DNA of 59,331 nt, the filler included, from Rhizaria sp. SCN 62-66 (taxonomy: Eukaryota), in assembly GCA_001724265.1 (NCBI GenBank). It is 3 parts of 3 records of this genome, joined end to end, with 100 filler letters (N's around TTAATTAATTAA, not from the genome) between each part and the next. Parts side by side here need not be neighbours in the genome. Positions count along the whole stretch, not along the records: positions 19,975 to 39,755 come from MEDY01000462.1; 2 more parts are not named here. The stretch is one strand, 5' to 3'. Numbering within the stretch: position 1 is the stretch's first letter; every line of letters starts with the position of its first letter. Of this stretch, positions 24,094-37,000 are shown piece by piece. Below the pieces are notes generated by a model. That model had not been told where the DNA came from and ran no database searches. It worked only from the letters and a program-made list of their open reading frames with translations. The translations under genes were made by a program, and so were the position numbers.

Positions 24094-27000
24094 TTAATCA
24101 TGTTCCTACTGCTGCTGCTGTTCGTTCTCGCGCTCGTGCTCATCGCCAATGTCATCACCGCGCCGACTTGACAGCGGGGACCGGTGCCGACGCATCGCCT
24201 CCTCCCGCGCCATGTGACGCGACTCATGCTCATTCTCGTGCTGATTGCCATGATTGCCGCCATGATGATGATGATGGTCATGAATATTACGGTCATGATG
24301 ATCGCCGCTGTTGTCGCGGTCATGCTCGCTCTCGCTGTCGCTCTGGTTATCGCGGTGCTGACGCATAGTCTGCCTCCGCGCTGCCCGCGCAGCCGCCGCG
24401 GCCGCAGCCGCAGCAACAGGGGCGGTCGCAGTAGCAGCAGCCTCAGCATCCGGGCTCGGGGACTTCTGGCCATTCGCATCAGCACCATCGTCATCATCGT
24501 CGTCGTCATCGTCGTCGTCGTCATCGTCATCGTCGTTGCTGTTGCTGCCGTCGTCGCTCCCATCGCCGTCGCCCGTCGCCGGCACGAGTCTGACCGCCTC
24601 CACACACGCGTCCAGCGCGCGTCGCGCCGCGCCGTCCCGCGCGCGCGCCTCTTGCCACGCCCACTCAGCGCCCGCGCGCAGCGCAAAGGCGGCAGCGCGC
24701 ACGCCTGCGGCGGCGCCAGCGACCGCGCCAGCCGCGGGTGTCGCGCCGTCTGCGTCGTTGCCGTTCCCCGCGCTGCTGTTGAACACAGATGAGCCAATCG
24801 ACCCTGCGGCTGCGGCGGCGACTGCAGCGGCAGTGTCGACGCCGGACGCCGCAATAGCGTCCATCAGAGTCACACCGCGCTTGTTCAGGCCGTTGGTGTC
24901 GTTCACGGCCAAACCGCTGCTCTCTGCCAAGGTCAAACCACGCAGAGCGGCGACGAAAGCATCTTCGTCACCCTCAGGGCCGCTGACGCCGCCGATGTTC
25001 GCCGCTGCATTACTGCTGACAGCCGAGAGAGCTTTCGCAGCCAGCGACGCGGCGGAGCGTGAAGGCGCGACTGAGAGGTCCGGTGCGAGCGTGATCGCGA
25101 GGGCAGTCTCCGCCTCAGCCGCGGCGACGGCGGCCGCGACAGCGCACAGGGCCGCTTCGTCCGCCTGATCACGTGCGCACTGCGCCGCTTGCCCTAAGGC
25201 GTCCAGCCCCAGCCGCAGCGGACCAGCGCCCGCAGTGCTCGTCCCGGCGCTGGCGCTTACTCTCTCACGGTCCCGGTCAGACTGACTGTGGGATTGACTG
25301 TGGGCAGAGCTGCCGGCTGGGGTGCGGCGCAACACGGCACGCGCGCCGCCGCCGCCGCCGACGCGGCCTAAGTTCGAGTTCCCATCGATAAACGCGTCTG
25401 ACAGCGAACTACTGTTGTTGTTCGAGATCGCATTGCTGCCGGGGCTAAGAGCTGGCGCAAAGGAGAACCCGCCGCTGTCGGTGGCACTGATTTGGGACGG
25501 CGCTAGCAGCCCGCTCGTAGCCAGCCCGGCGAGCGACGACGTGCGACTGTGACCGTGAGGCCGGGTCACCCTGCCGCCGCCGCCGCCGCCGGCCTTCGCC
25601 GCCGCCGCCGCCGCTGCAGCCGTGGACGCTGCGGCCGCGACGAGCGAGGCGGGCAGCCCACGCCGTGCGCGCTCAGAAGCGGTGACTGCGCCCTCCCAGG
25701 CCAGCCGCTGCAGCGCAAGCGGGGGCGCGGCGGGCGGTCCCAGCCCCAGGTGCGAGTGCGCCGCCAGCAGCACCGGCGGCACGGGCGCAGGCGCAGGCAG
25801 AGACCGCCGCGGGACAGGGGGCGCGGGCGGCGGCGGCGGCGGCTGCGAGAAGAGGCCGCCGCGGGGGACACCGGCACCTGGGCGGCGGCCGCCGGCGGTC
25901 GCGGCGGCCTTCTTGTTGGGGGAACCGCTCAAACTCGCCGCGGCCGCTGCGCTTGCGGCCGCCGCTGCTGCCGCCGCTGCGGACGACGAAGACAACGAGC
26001 CGCGGCGGCCCCCGGTAACGGAGGCGCGGCGGGCACCGGCGCCAGAGGCGGCGGCGGCGTCCGCAGGCGAGGGGAGCGACGGCAGCGCAGTCGGCAGCAA
26101 CGCGGGCTGAAACCTGCGCTGGAAAGGGTGTGAACTGAGGCCCGCAGTCGTGTACGCGTACAATGCGGGCACGGAAGCAGGATGCAGTGAGCTAGCCAGC
26201 ACCGCGGCGGGCAGCGGCAGCGGCTGCGGTGGAGGCCATGGCAAGGCCCACAATGCAGCGGCCACTTCTGCCAGCGCTGCGCCCACAGTCACTTCGATTT
26301 CAGGCACACGCGCTGTGTTGACGCTCGGTGACCGCATGCCGGCGGCATTCGCGCTCACCGCTGCATTCGCTCCGTTGGCGATGCTATTGGCAGCGTTGCT
26401 CTGAGCGGCATTAGCGGCTGAGCTTTGATTCAGACTCGCGCGCGCGGCGGCAGCAGCCGTCGTTGCGGCGTCAGCCTCGGCCTGCTGCTGCATCAGCAAC
26501 AGCAGATCACCTGTCGCGGCCGCAGCCGCGCGCGCAGCGTTGGCAGCCTCGGCAGCGGCGACGGCGGCGGCGGCCTCCGCGGCGGCTGCGGGTGGACCGG
26601 CAGCGCGGAACAAAGCGCACAGCCTTGCGGCGGCCACGGCGGCTGCCGCGGGCGATACGCGCCAGTCATCTGCAGCAGTTGCAGACGCAGCACTGGCCGC
26701 GGGGCCGGTCGCAGCGCCGGTAGCAGTCGCATTATACAGTATATTCGCAGCAGTGTTGGCAGCGACCGAGGTGCCTGTGAGAGAGGCGAGCGCTGCGATA
26801 ATGCCAGACCCGTGCGCGGGCGCGGCTGAGAGCAGCGGCAAGCGAGCGCGTGCTTCGTCCGCTGCAATCCGCGCAACAACGGCCTCAGCTTCGCCGTCGG
26901 CAGCGCCGCTCACGGTCACGGGGCCTGTCGACCCCGGGCCGGCGTCGGCGTCGGCGTCAACGGCTGCGGCGGCCGCTGCGGCCTGCGCGGCCCTGGCGCG

Positions 27001-30000
27001 GCGGCGGGCGCGCGCGGAGAGAGCGGCGTTCCAGTCCGCCGCGGCCGTCGCGAGCGGCGCTGTGAACAGGCGCAGGAGTGCGTGCGCCGAGACGACGGCG
27101 GCGCGCGGGGCGGCGGCGGCGGCGGCGGCTGTGGCGGGGTCTGGGCTGGTCGTGACGCCCGCTGCGACGGCGGCGCCTGCAGCGGCAGCGGCAGCAGCTT
27201 CGATTGTGACGCCTGCGCTGACGACAACGCCATCCGTGCTCGCGCTATTCAGCCCCCTCGCGTTCGCACCCGCATTGCTGCTGCTGTTGGTGACGGTGGC
27301 TGAGACGGCGGCGGACACGGCGGCACTCAGCCCGAGCCACAAGCGCGCCACAGCCGCCGGCGACAGCGCATCCAACGCGTTGGTGCAACTGGCCGCCGTG
27401 GGAAGGCCGGTGACTGTGGGGGCCGCGCCAGGAGCAGGGGACATCAAAGCACCAGCAGCAGCACCACTGGGTCCGCCACTGACACTGCCGAACGCCATAG
27501 ACGTCCCAGCAGCAGCAGTGGCGGCGGCGGCAGTGGCGGCGGTGGGCGTGAGCATCGTCGGCGACTTCCGCCCGGCTAGCAGCGACTGCTGCAACAGCTG
27601 CGGGTGCTGCTGCTGGGCTTGCGGCTGCCAGAGCGGCGGCACGGCGATAAGCGGGAGCCCCCACTCCCAGTCGCCTCCGCTTACCACAGCAGACACGGCG
27701 CCGGGGGGCGCGGCGGCGCTCACCGCGGAGAGGCGGGCCTCAGCGCCCAGCAGCATTTCAGCCTTGGCCTTGAGCATCAGCAGTAGCACGGACGCGGGCG
27801 TACGCTGCCACCGGCGCTGCAACAGCGTCTCTGCCGCCGCAGCAGCCTCGGCGCGCGTGCTGATCGCGGCGGGCCACGGCGAGCCCCCCGCCTGCTTACT
27901 ATGAACGGCAGGGACCAGCTCCAGCGCAGCAGGAGTGACGCCGCTGTTGACGCTGCTTGCGCTGACGACAGACGCAAGCGCAGCCGCGGCAGCCGTCGCC
28001 GTCGCCGTCGCAGCGGTCGCAGCGGCAGCAGCGGCGCTCGCGGCAGCGTTCGCCTTGCTTCCCTGCCTCTGCCCTTGCTGTTTCTGCCTTGGCCCCTGCC
28101 CGCTCGTCGGCACGGCAGTCGCAGCCGACGCTACTGCGAGCGCCGCAGCCTCAGCCTCCGCGGCCGCCTCCGCCTCCGACGCAACAGCGGTGTAGACAGC
28201 GACTGCATACGCGTCGCCCGCCGCGCGCGCGCCTGGTGGCAGACCGAGATCCCGCGCGCGCTCCTTGGCCCGCGCGCGCGCGCGCCCGGCCTTGCGGGCG
28301 CGCCGGGCCCCCACGCGCGCGGCCGCCTTGCGGAGGCAGCGGACGAGGAACAAATGGCACAGCGACGCGACCCGCAGCGCGCGCGCGGCGGCCGCGGCGG
28401 TCGCTGCGCGCGCGCGGACCTGGCGCGCGCACAGCGCGGGGACGAGCTGCGGCGACAGCAGCGCGGGCGGGAGCTGCAATTGGCGCTGCAGCACGGTGCG
28501 CTGCGTCTCGGTGAGCTCGGCCACCGCTGCGCCGCCGGTGGAGTCGGTCGTAGCGGCCGAGGGCGCAGAGGCCAGCAGTGAGGCGACTGAAGCCGGCAGC
28601 GTCGCGAGGGTCGGGCAGTGCGCAACGACGGAGAGAGACGGGGGCAGCGGCGTGAGCAGCCTCGACGGCAGCAGCGGCAGCAGGCGTGTGGAGTCGTCGT
28701 CGTCGCCGCCGGTGCTCTCAGAGCCACGGCCGGGCGTGGCCGGGGGTCCGGTGGCGGAGGTGCTCGCAGCTACGGCCCGACTGGTCGAGTTAGAGCTCGG
28801 AACGCTCAATGTCGGGCCGATGACTGCGCTAGCGCTCATGCTCGTGGAGTTACCAAGTGATGTGGGTAAGTTCAATGGGTAGTCAAGACCGAGCGCACCG
28901 AATGCAAGCCGCCTGGCGACTCCGCTAGACTCGGTCACCGCCGCAGGTCCGCTCACAGTTATAGTCGTGACCGGTGCCATCGCACCGGCCGCATTGGCGG
29001 CGCTCGTGGGTGCAGAAAGCACGAGTCCTTCGACAATGCTCGGTGTCTGCAGCAAGTGCATTATCACTGACATGAATTTTTCGGAACTACGCGCGTCACC
29101 CGCCGCGGCCGCAACGGCGGCTCCAGTGGCGGCGGCTGCGGCACGGACGGCGCGGTCGCTCGGCGGCGCCGCGCTGCCGACTACAGTCGCACTCGCGGTC
29201 GCGCCGCTGTTGCTAGAGCCGGTACCGGTCATGCTTGCGGTGAGTCCGTTGCTCACAGGCACTGAAACAGCGCCAACACGCCACGTCGGCACCGCTGCGG
29301 ATGCTGTTGATGCTGATGCTGATCGGTTGCCACAGCTCCCGCCCGTGGCCGCCGCGATCGCGGCTGCGGCGGCGGCCGCCGCGGCGTCGAGTTCAGCGCG
29401 GACGAGCTCGGTGACCGTGGGCAGGCGCCTCTGAGCCTGGGGCCCGGTGGCGGCGCGACCGGTGCTCGCGCTGACCTGGGAGCCGACGCCGCCGCTGCCG
29501 TGAGAGAGGATAGTGCGGCCTGAGGGCGACAGAAGGCTGGCGGGCAGCGCTGGTGCCGCGTCGTTCGCGTCGTCGCCTGTATGATCGCCCTCGTTGGCAT
29601 CATCATCATCGTCGTCGTCATCCTCGTCGAAGGGGGAGTTAGAGCCAGAGTCCACAGCAAGTCTGAGGCCAGGGGTTAAGCCAGATTCATCGTCGCTGGC
29701 GTCCGCGCCAGCACCCGTCGCATCTGTGATACCATTACCATCACCCGCAGCAGCTGACGCGCCCGACTTGCCTTTCCCCTTGCTCTTGCCCTTGCTCTTC
29801 CCCTTAATCCCAGCTTTGTCAGGACGCGTGGTATTGCTCCGGTTGCTACGCTGCGAAGACTCGTCAGGGTTACCAGTAGTTTTACCAGCGTGAGAGTTAA
29901 CGCCCGCAACATCGCTCCTATTGTTCGCAGTATTATTACCACCGGTGCCGTCAGCCTTGCTTTTGCCAGCGTTGGCACCAGCAACTCCAGCAGTCTTGTT

Positions 30001-30324
30001 GCTGGTCTTACTGTTGCTGTTAGTTGAAGAGCGAGCTGAGGTCACGGGCAGCGCGGGCAACTGTGCAGGCGCGGCAACGGAAGCAAGGGACGCGGAAAAG
30101 CCGGAGCGGGGAAGCGACCCACGCTTTTTGGTATCGCGCGCGGACGCTGCTGTGGACTGGCCTGGAGCAGAAGCAGAAGATGAAGATGTGGGTGCGGCAG
30201 CTGCCGCCGACCCAGAGAGCGAAGACTGCAGAGACCCGAGAGATGTGAGCGAACCGCGAGAGGACTTAGGGGCGCGCGCAGGGGATCCCAGCTGCGGGAG
30301 CACAGCTGGGACCGCGGAAGACAT
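24094..30324 (-). CDS. Very large Ala-rich hypothetical protein, ~2076 aa if TAG at 24106-24108 is read as sense (next stop TAA 24094-24096)
   Basis: 6.2-kb uninterrupted ORF from ATG 30324. It ends CAG CAG CAG CAG TAG GAA CAT GAT TAA. I recognise no domain. Confidence 0.75.
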
Positions 30325-31007
30325 TAGTCCGAGAGAACGAAAGAGTCGTGCGTAGAGCGGAAAGTGTGGGATATCAGAAACGGATCCGCTGTTGCCGAAG
30401 ACCCTGTGTACTGGTCGAGTTAGAAAGGAGCTGTGAGAAATTAAAAAAGAAAATCAAATAAGTTAACAAATATCAGCAATACGTATTGAATCAACAGTCT
30501 TGCTGTCGGATGATACATGTCGCTCTATAAACTTAAAGTAAACGCGAGTTCAGAGCTCATCACAACAAAAACACATGGCGATAGAATGGACAAGACAGAG
30601 TTTAGAAGGACATGACAGGATGCAGTAGATGTGAAATGACAGTATTGTGTATGGTATGCAAGCTCGCATCTAATTCGGGCAATGTGTATCACCAGCAGCG
30701 CTCATGACGGTCTGGAAGCCAGAGAAAGGCTAGGTATCGGTTCCAGACACGGACAACAGCGCGCATTCACGGACGTCTACAAACGCACAGTCGAGGCGGC
30801 ACACAGCACAGTGCAACCAGGAGAGACTGATCTCTGTCTAGTTCAATGCACAAGGCGTGTGAGTTTCTGGCGAACGAGTGTGACGTCACGCGGGCGGGAT
30901 TAACGCAAAGGGCGAGAGACAGCATACGTGATCCTCCTTCCTCAACTGATCCTCAGTTCTTCAATTGTGGGGCAGCAACGTCGTGCTGGCGTCGGCCGGG
31001 CGGAGGC

Positions 31008-31556
31008 TTAGACGCGCGAAGGCACGAGATTGATGTCGATGGCCTCGACGCCGCGGCGACGAGGCGGGGGCGCGCTGTGCAAGGGAAACAAATCAAGGGA
31101 GCAAGAGTGAGGCGTTAGTGTTAGTCGAGACTTATTGGAGAGCCAAACAGTAGGATATCAATGAGTGCTAAGATGGCGTCGCGGTCACAGGTACAGTATG
31201 GAGTGATGTTAGTAAAGAACGTACGGGCGGGGCACGCGGGCCGCGATAGCGCCGATCTGACGGTGCAACTTGCGCATCTGCGTCGCCAGCTGCAGGCGGG
31301 CGGTGTCCTCAGAGGACAGCGAGCGCTCAAACGGGTCTATAGAAGGTCATAACAAAGCACATATAACGGATTAGGACAATTACAAGCTCTGCAAATGGTC
31401 AAGAGTTGTGTAGAAGGATAGAGAGAGGTTGTGTGACGTACTAGGCGCGTTCATCGTGAGGTTGGGCAAAGGAGGCTGCTCGGCATTGACAGCGAGGGCT
31501 GAGGCAACGAAGCCGAGAAGTGCCACGATTACCAACACCCAAAAGTTACCCTTCAT
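31008..31556 (-). CDS. Small secreted protein, 97 aa, 3 exons: 31556-31442, 31336-31225, 31074-31008 (not in the ORF track)
   Basis: Two GTACGT..CTAA(C/T)..YAG introns join in frame to give MKGNFWVLVIVALLGFVASALAVNAEQPPLPNLTMNAPNPFERSLSSEDTARLQLATQMRKLHRQIGAIAARVPRPAPPPRRRGVEAIDINLVPSRV followed by TAA. The signal peptide is clear. Confidence 0.82.
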
Positions 31557-31790
31557 TGCGTACTGATGTGAATCCGAAAACTCAAACCAACTTCAACGGG
31601 GTCTCCGTGACGAAAGTCATCGCCAAAGAAATCGTGGGTCGTCACACTGCAAGTCCAACGAGCCAACGAGCAGCAGGTGACCGTGAGCACTATCTGCACT
31701 CAAGCGCGCTCAGAACGGCTGTGAGGTGGAGATGAAGGCTGACTTAGGAAGTGTCCTTTGAGGTTGATTTGATCGTTGAATTGAATCAAA

Positions 31791-32781
31791 ATGCAGAGTC
31801 CCACTGCAAATGCGGGTCCTCGCCATCCCCTTGTTAAAAGTGACGCCATTGGTACGTTCTACAGCTAAACACATCGCCTCTTTTCGGCAGACTTGACCAG
31901 AGTCCAGCCTTCTCAACGACTCTCACCATTCCGACGCCACACCGCTATCGAATGACCCATGCTTACCCCCACACATCCACATCACTCGGCACATCATTGT
32001 TTTTACTCCACAGACGCTGTTTTGCAGTGCTGGCTGTGCAAGACCGTGAACCCTGACTCGCTGATGTGCACTCACTGCGCCAAACTCTTCTGTACTCCCT
32101 GCATGACAGTACGTATCCACGCCCTCTATAGCCACGCAATAAGGCTTTTTTATCCAAATCCGCATTCCCACAACACACCAATTGTTTTCTAACCCTGCGT
32201 ATTGTTCTCATTGCTGTTTGTGTTTCGTTTAGGCGTGGGCCCCAAAGCATAAGTGCGAGGACGTGACGTCTCGCTGCCCGTCGTGCTCCTCTCTCCCGCC
32301 CGCTCTCAACACACTCATCCCTGCCCGCCTCGCCGCGCGCATCCGCGAAGCTATTAACAAGGACCTCGACGTCGCCTCGAACTTCTTCAAGCACCAGTTC
32401 GACACGCTTCTGCTTGCGTACCGGCAGCAGGTGATCGCGACGTCCGAGCAGCAGGCCGGCGAGTACGTTAACGTGCGCTACGCAGAGCTCTTGCTGCCGC
32501 AGCTCAACGAGCAGGTCCAGTTCCTGCAGTCGCAGCCGCTGGGCAACGCGGCGCAGTTCGAGGTCAACAAGGCGGCGATGATCCAGGAGCAGTCCGTGCG
32601 CGCCGCCGCGCAGCGCGCCGCCATCGACGCCGAGCGCGCGGCGCTGCTGCGCGCTCAGGCCACGGTCATCGACACGGCCAATGCGGTGCAGTTCATCACG
32701 CCAGAGGGGGAGATCGCGCCCCCGCCGCAGGCCCCGCTGTCGGCGAGGCAGGTGCTCGCCGCCGCCAACGCCTCCAAGTGA
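31791..32781 (+). CDS. RING-finger (TRIM37-like RING) coiled-coil protein A, 3 exons: 31791-31851, 32014-32108, 32233-32781; ~234 aa
   Basis: The spliced product reads IDAVLQCWLCKTVNPDSLMCTHCAKLFCTPCMTAW..RCPSC..LIPARLAARI, followed by a Gln/Ala coiled coil. Introns have GTACGT donors. Stop is TGA. Confidence 0.82.
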
Positions 32782-33215
32782 GTCAAGCTTCGACTTGGGT
32801 GCGATTGGGGCTTGGGTGCGATTAGGACCGCGAAGTGTACCGCGAAGTTCTCACCTGAAACTGGTGGTACATGTACTGAATTGCGTGGTTCCGGGGCTAA
32901 AGGTCGTATGAAGGCCAGAGAACGTACCAGTCGCTGGCCACGTAACGTAATCCATGAATACACACTTTCTATTAACAAGACTATAGACTATGATAATATC
33001 TCAAAGATATATCAATGTAATGATCAAGACGCATGCAGCAAATGCCCGACTATTGGTATGGATGACAAACACCGTATTGAGCTTGAATGAGGAAGCCCGA
33101 GTGCAGCACGCCGGATCCGGACGGATAGCGAAAGGTCGCTTGGGGTCTCTGATGACCGACACTTACGAAAGAAGAGGTTGTGGATTACATTCAACAAAGA
33201 AGGACCTGACAAGAA

Positions 33216-34004
33216 ATGTCGGTGATACCTTTACCAGAAATGGGTACGTCTTTAATTCTCGCTTTTCAAAACATGTGTTCATTCATCCTCATTATTGCTT
33301 CTGAAAAACTCAACACCCAGACCCAGCTGAACGCATCTTGCCACGCGTCTTGAATCGCACTTTTTACCCCACTATAGAGTCTATTCTCCAGTGTGTTGTT
33401 TGTCTTGAAAAGGCAAACGAACCACTCATGTGTACAGTGTGTGCACACATCACATGCAAAGGCTGTGTCAGTGTACGTATCCCCGATACTTCGTCTTTAT
33501 CCTCCCCTTGCTTCTTTCGCTGGGCGTCATCACTATTAACCGGGTTGCATGTCTCACACCCTGCACAAACGCATGTTGATTTGATTGATAATCTGTACAT
33601 AGGGGTGGAATGCACAATCAGCGTCCTCAAGTTGCCCGTCGTGCCCTCCTGGCACTGTACGCTCGCGTCTTATCCCCGCGACCGCCTTCCTTTCCCGCGT
33701 CACCTCTGCCATGGCAACTGACGCGACGGCCACCGCGACTGCCTTCGCGCGTGCCGACGCGCTCGTCCGCGCCCGCCTGCTCGAACTCCAGCTCTCCGCC
33801 GCGCAAGCCTCCGCGCAGGACTCGCTCTACGCGTTGCGCCTCTCGTTCCAACAGCGCACCCTAGTCGAGCAGCTCGACCTCCTCACCCGCCAGCACGCCG
33901 CCGGCACCAGCACCGCCGCCGCCGCTGCCGCCGCCGCCGCTGCCAACGCGGCAGAGGAAGGAGACGCCGACCCCGCAGATGAGGGCATTATCGCCCATGA
34001 TGAC

Positions 34005-34063
<59 letters not shown>

Positions 34064-37000
34064 GGTGCAGCGCGAGCGCGCCGACCTGCTGCTCCGCCAA
34101 CAGGCCGCCCTGACCGAGTTTTACGCCGCGACCGTCGGCCCCGCCGAAGAGGCGGCGCGCGCGGTCGAGGCGCGGCTCGCGGCGCAGCTCGCCGACGCGC
34201 GCGCCGCCAGTGAAGTGGGCGACGCTGAGCTGGCTGCGACGGGCGCGGGCGCGGTGCGCGATCTGCTCGCCAGCGGCATCGACGTGCACGCGGCCGCTGC
34301 GGCCGCGGCGCGCGCGGCAGCGGCGCGGGCGGAGCAGGCACAGATGCTGCGGATGCAGGCGCAGATGCAGAGCATGGGCATGGGCATGGGCATGGGGCTC
34401 GGCGGCATGAGCGGCCTCGGCGCCATGGGCGGCTTCGGCGGCGGCTTAAGTGGCTTCAGCGGCTTTGGTGGCGGTCTCAGCAGCGGTCTCAGCGGCGGCA
34501 TGGACATGGGCACAAGGCTTAGTGGGCTCACCAGTGGCGGGCTCGGGCTTGGCACTGCTGGCATCTCCAGTCTCGGCTCTAGCTCTGCGACTCTGAGCGC
34601 TTTCACGGCCGCGATCCCTGCCGCGGGCCCTGTGTTCAGTGCAGTCTGCGCAACGACTGGCATGGCGTCTACCGGGAGCTCCTCTATTGCAAGCTCTGCG
34701 CCGGTGAGCACCGCGATGGATGCCGTCAGCTCCGCTCCGCCGCCGCCAGCCTACACTGCGACCGAGAGCGCCTCTGCGACTGAGGGCGCCAACAACTCAA
34801 GCCCCAGCGCGATCACTAGCTTCAACTCCAACACGTCGGCTGCGACGCCTGCGGGCGCTCCAGAGCCGGCCCTGAGCGTGGACGCTATCTTCGGCCTCGG
34901 CTCTGGTGGCTACACGGTTGAATCGATGATTGCGGCGATGTTAGCGCGCTCTAACGCCGAAGCCGAGGCCGAGGCTGAGGCAGACGCGTTCGGACTCTTC
35001 GGCAGTGGCGGAGATCAAGGCGACAACGCCGTCGAGAAGGACATGTTTGGACTCACGATCTCCCCCAAAACATCGACTAAATCGTTCTTCAACGCGAACA
35101 CCAACCCCAAGGCGAGCTCTAGCTCTCACTCTGGCGCCACGCCAGTGTCAGTGGCGTCGGCGTCGGCAGCGGCAGCTCCCAAGCTGGCTGTCCGCGCTCC
35201 CGCCCCCGCGCCCCCAGTCCTCGTGCCGCCGTCTCTCACCCCGGCGCAGGCCGACGCCCTCGAGCGCGCGCGCCGCGCCCACCACTGGGTGGCGGCCGCG
35301 GCGCCGCTGCTGCCGCTGGTGGCGGAGCGCGTGCTGGTCGTGCGCGACGTCGTCGCCGCGCTGTACGAAGAGCACGCCGCGCTGACGAACGAGATGCGGC
35401 CTGTGGCGGCCGAAAAGGCGGAGTGCCGCAGACACGCGCGCGCGCTCGAGCGCAGGCTCGCACGGCTCAATAAGCGCTTCCGCGCCACCGGCGGCGACGG
35501 TGACGGTGGCAGTCAAAATGACAACGTCGACGGCGACGACAACGGCGCGGACGAGGATGAGGATGGCTATGGCGACGACGACGACGATGACTGCGGGTAC
35601 GGCGAAGATGATGACGACCCCGCTGCCGCGGCCACGGTTGCCGCCTAGGCCGAGTTCCTCCGTGCACGCGAGGCCGAGCTCAGCGCCATCATGTCCGGCA
35701 CCGTCGCCCGCATCAAGGTCGTATACTCCGCCGTGCGCACTTTCAAGGCGCTGCGCATGCGGCTCCGCGCGCTCACCGGCGGCCTCCGCACCGCCGTGCT
35801 TGCCCAGCAGGAGCTGCTCGACGCCGCCGCGCGCGCCGTTGCCTCGGCCGCGGACCGCCGCCGGGTGGCCGCCGCGCTGGCCGCCGAGTCTGCCGCGGCG
35901 GCCGTCGCGGCGCTGCGCTACACCGTTACGCAGACCGGCGCGCCCGCCCTCGCGGCGGTCGAGTGGCGCGCGCTGACGGCCGCGGGCGCGGCGCCCCTGC
36001 TGTGGAGTGCGCGCGAGCTGCGGCTGATCGAGGCCGCGGTCACGGAACCGCTGCCCACCGAGGACGAGGCCGCGGATGTGGAAACGGCAGAGCGCGCCAA
36101 GGCGGCGGCCGCGGAGGCCGTTGCCGCCGCGCTTGCGGCCGGCCGCGGCAGTGACAAGAGGGGTGGCGACGCGGATGCGGAAGCTGACGCGGACGCCGAG
36201 GCTCAGACGCAAACTCGGACTGTGGCTCAAAGCAATGAGTACGATCGTTCTCAGGATCACGATCGTGGGAACAGTTCCGAGCAAGGCCACGCCGGCGACG
36301 ATTATGATCACGATCACGAAAACGAAGACGGTGACGATGACGGTAACGATCACAGCGACGACGATGAAGACGACGAGGAGGAGGACGGCAATCGCGCACC
36401 GCGTCAGCATCTGCAGCAGCAACAGCAGCAGCAGCAGCGCGTGCGATTGGATCCTGCTGCTTACAGTCACCTGAGCCGTGAAGAGGCGCGCGCCGCGATG
36501 AAACGCGACCGCCAGCGCGAGCGCCGCCGTCTTCGCCGCGAGGCCGAGCTGGCCGCTGCCGCTCCCGCCGCCAACACCAAGACCCAGATGGCGACTGCGA
36601 GTGTACCTGCGGCTATGAACTGTGAGGCCAAGGCAACGCCGAAGGCCGGGCACACTTCCGCCGAAGCCAGCCACCACGGCAGCCCCGACAATGACAACGG
36701 TAACAGCGGCGGCAACGGCAGTGTTCATGAGTGCGTGGGCGCTTCGTGGTGCCCCGTGGTGCAGCTGCTGATCAAAGAGGCCGACGGCGAGCGCGACACG
36801 CGCCGTGAACGCGAGTCCCGTCTCGCGGCCAAACTGGCCGACATCCGCGCCACCGCGGCGTCGGGCACGGTGCAGCCGGGCAGTAAGCAGCACGGCGCGC
36901 AGATCAACTCGGCCAACCAAGTCCGCGCCATCGTCGCCGTCACGCGGTACCGTGAGTTCATGTTGCGCGAGGCCGTGCGCGCGCACGGGCGCCGCGGCGG

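Noticed and set aside
32776-32790. AA/GTGAGT as a splice donor joining RING gene A to gene B
   Set aside because: All supported donors here are GTACG, the in-frame TGA gives a sensible end, and gene B has its own ATG exon mirroring gene A.
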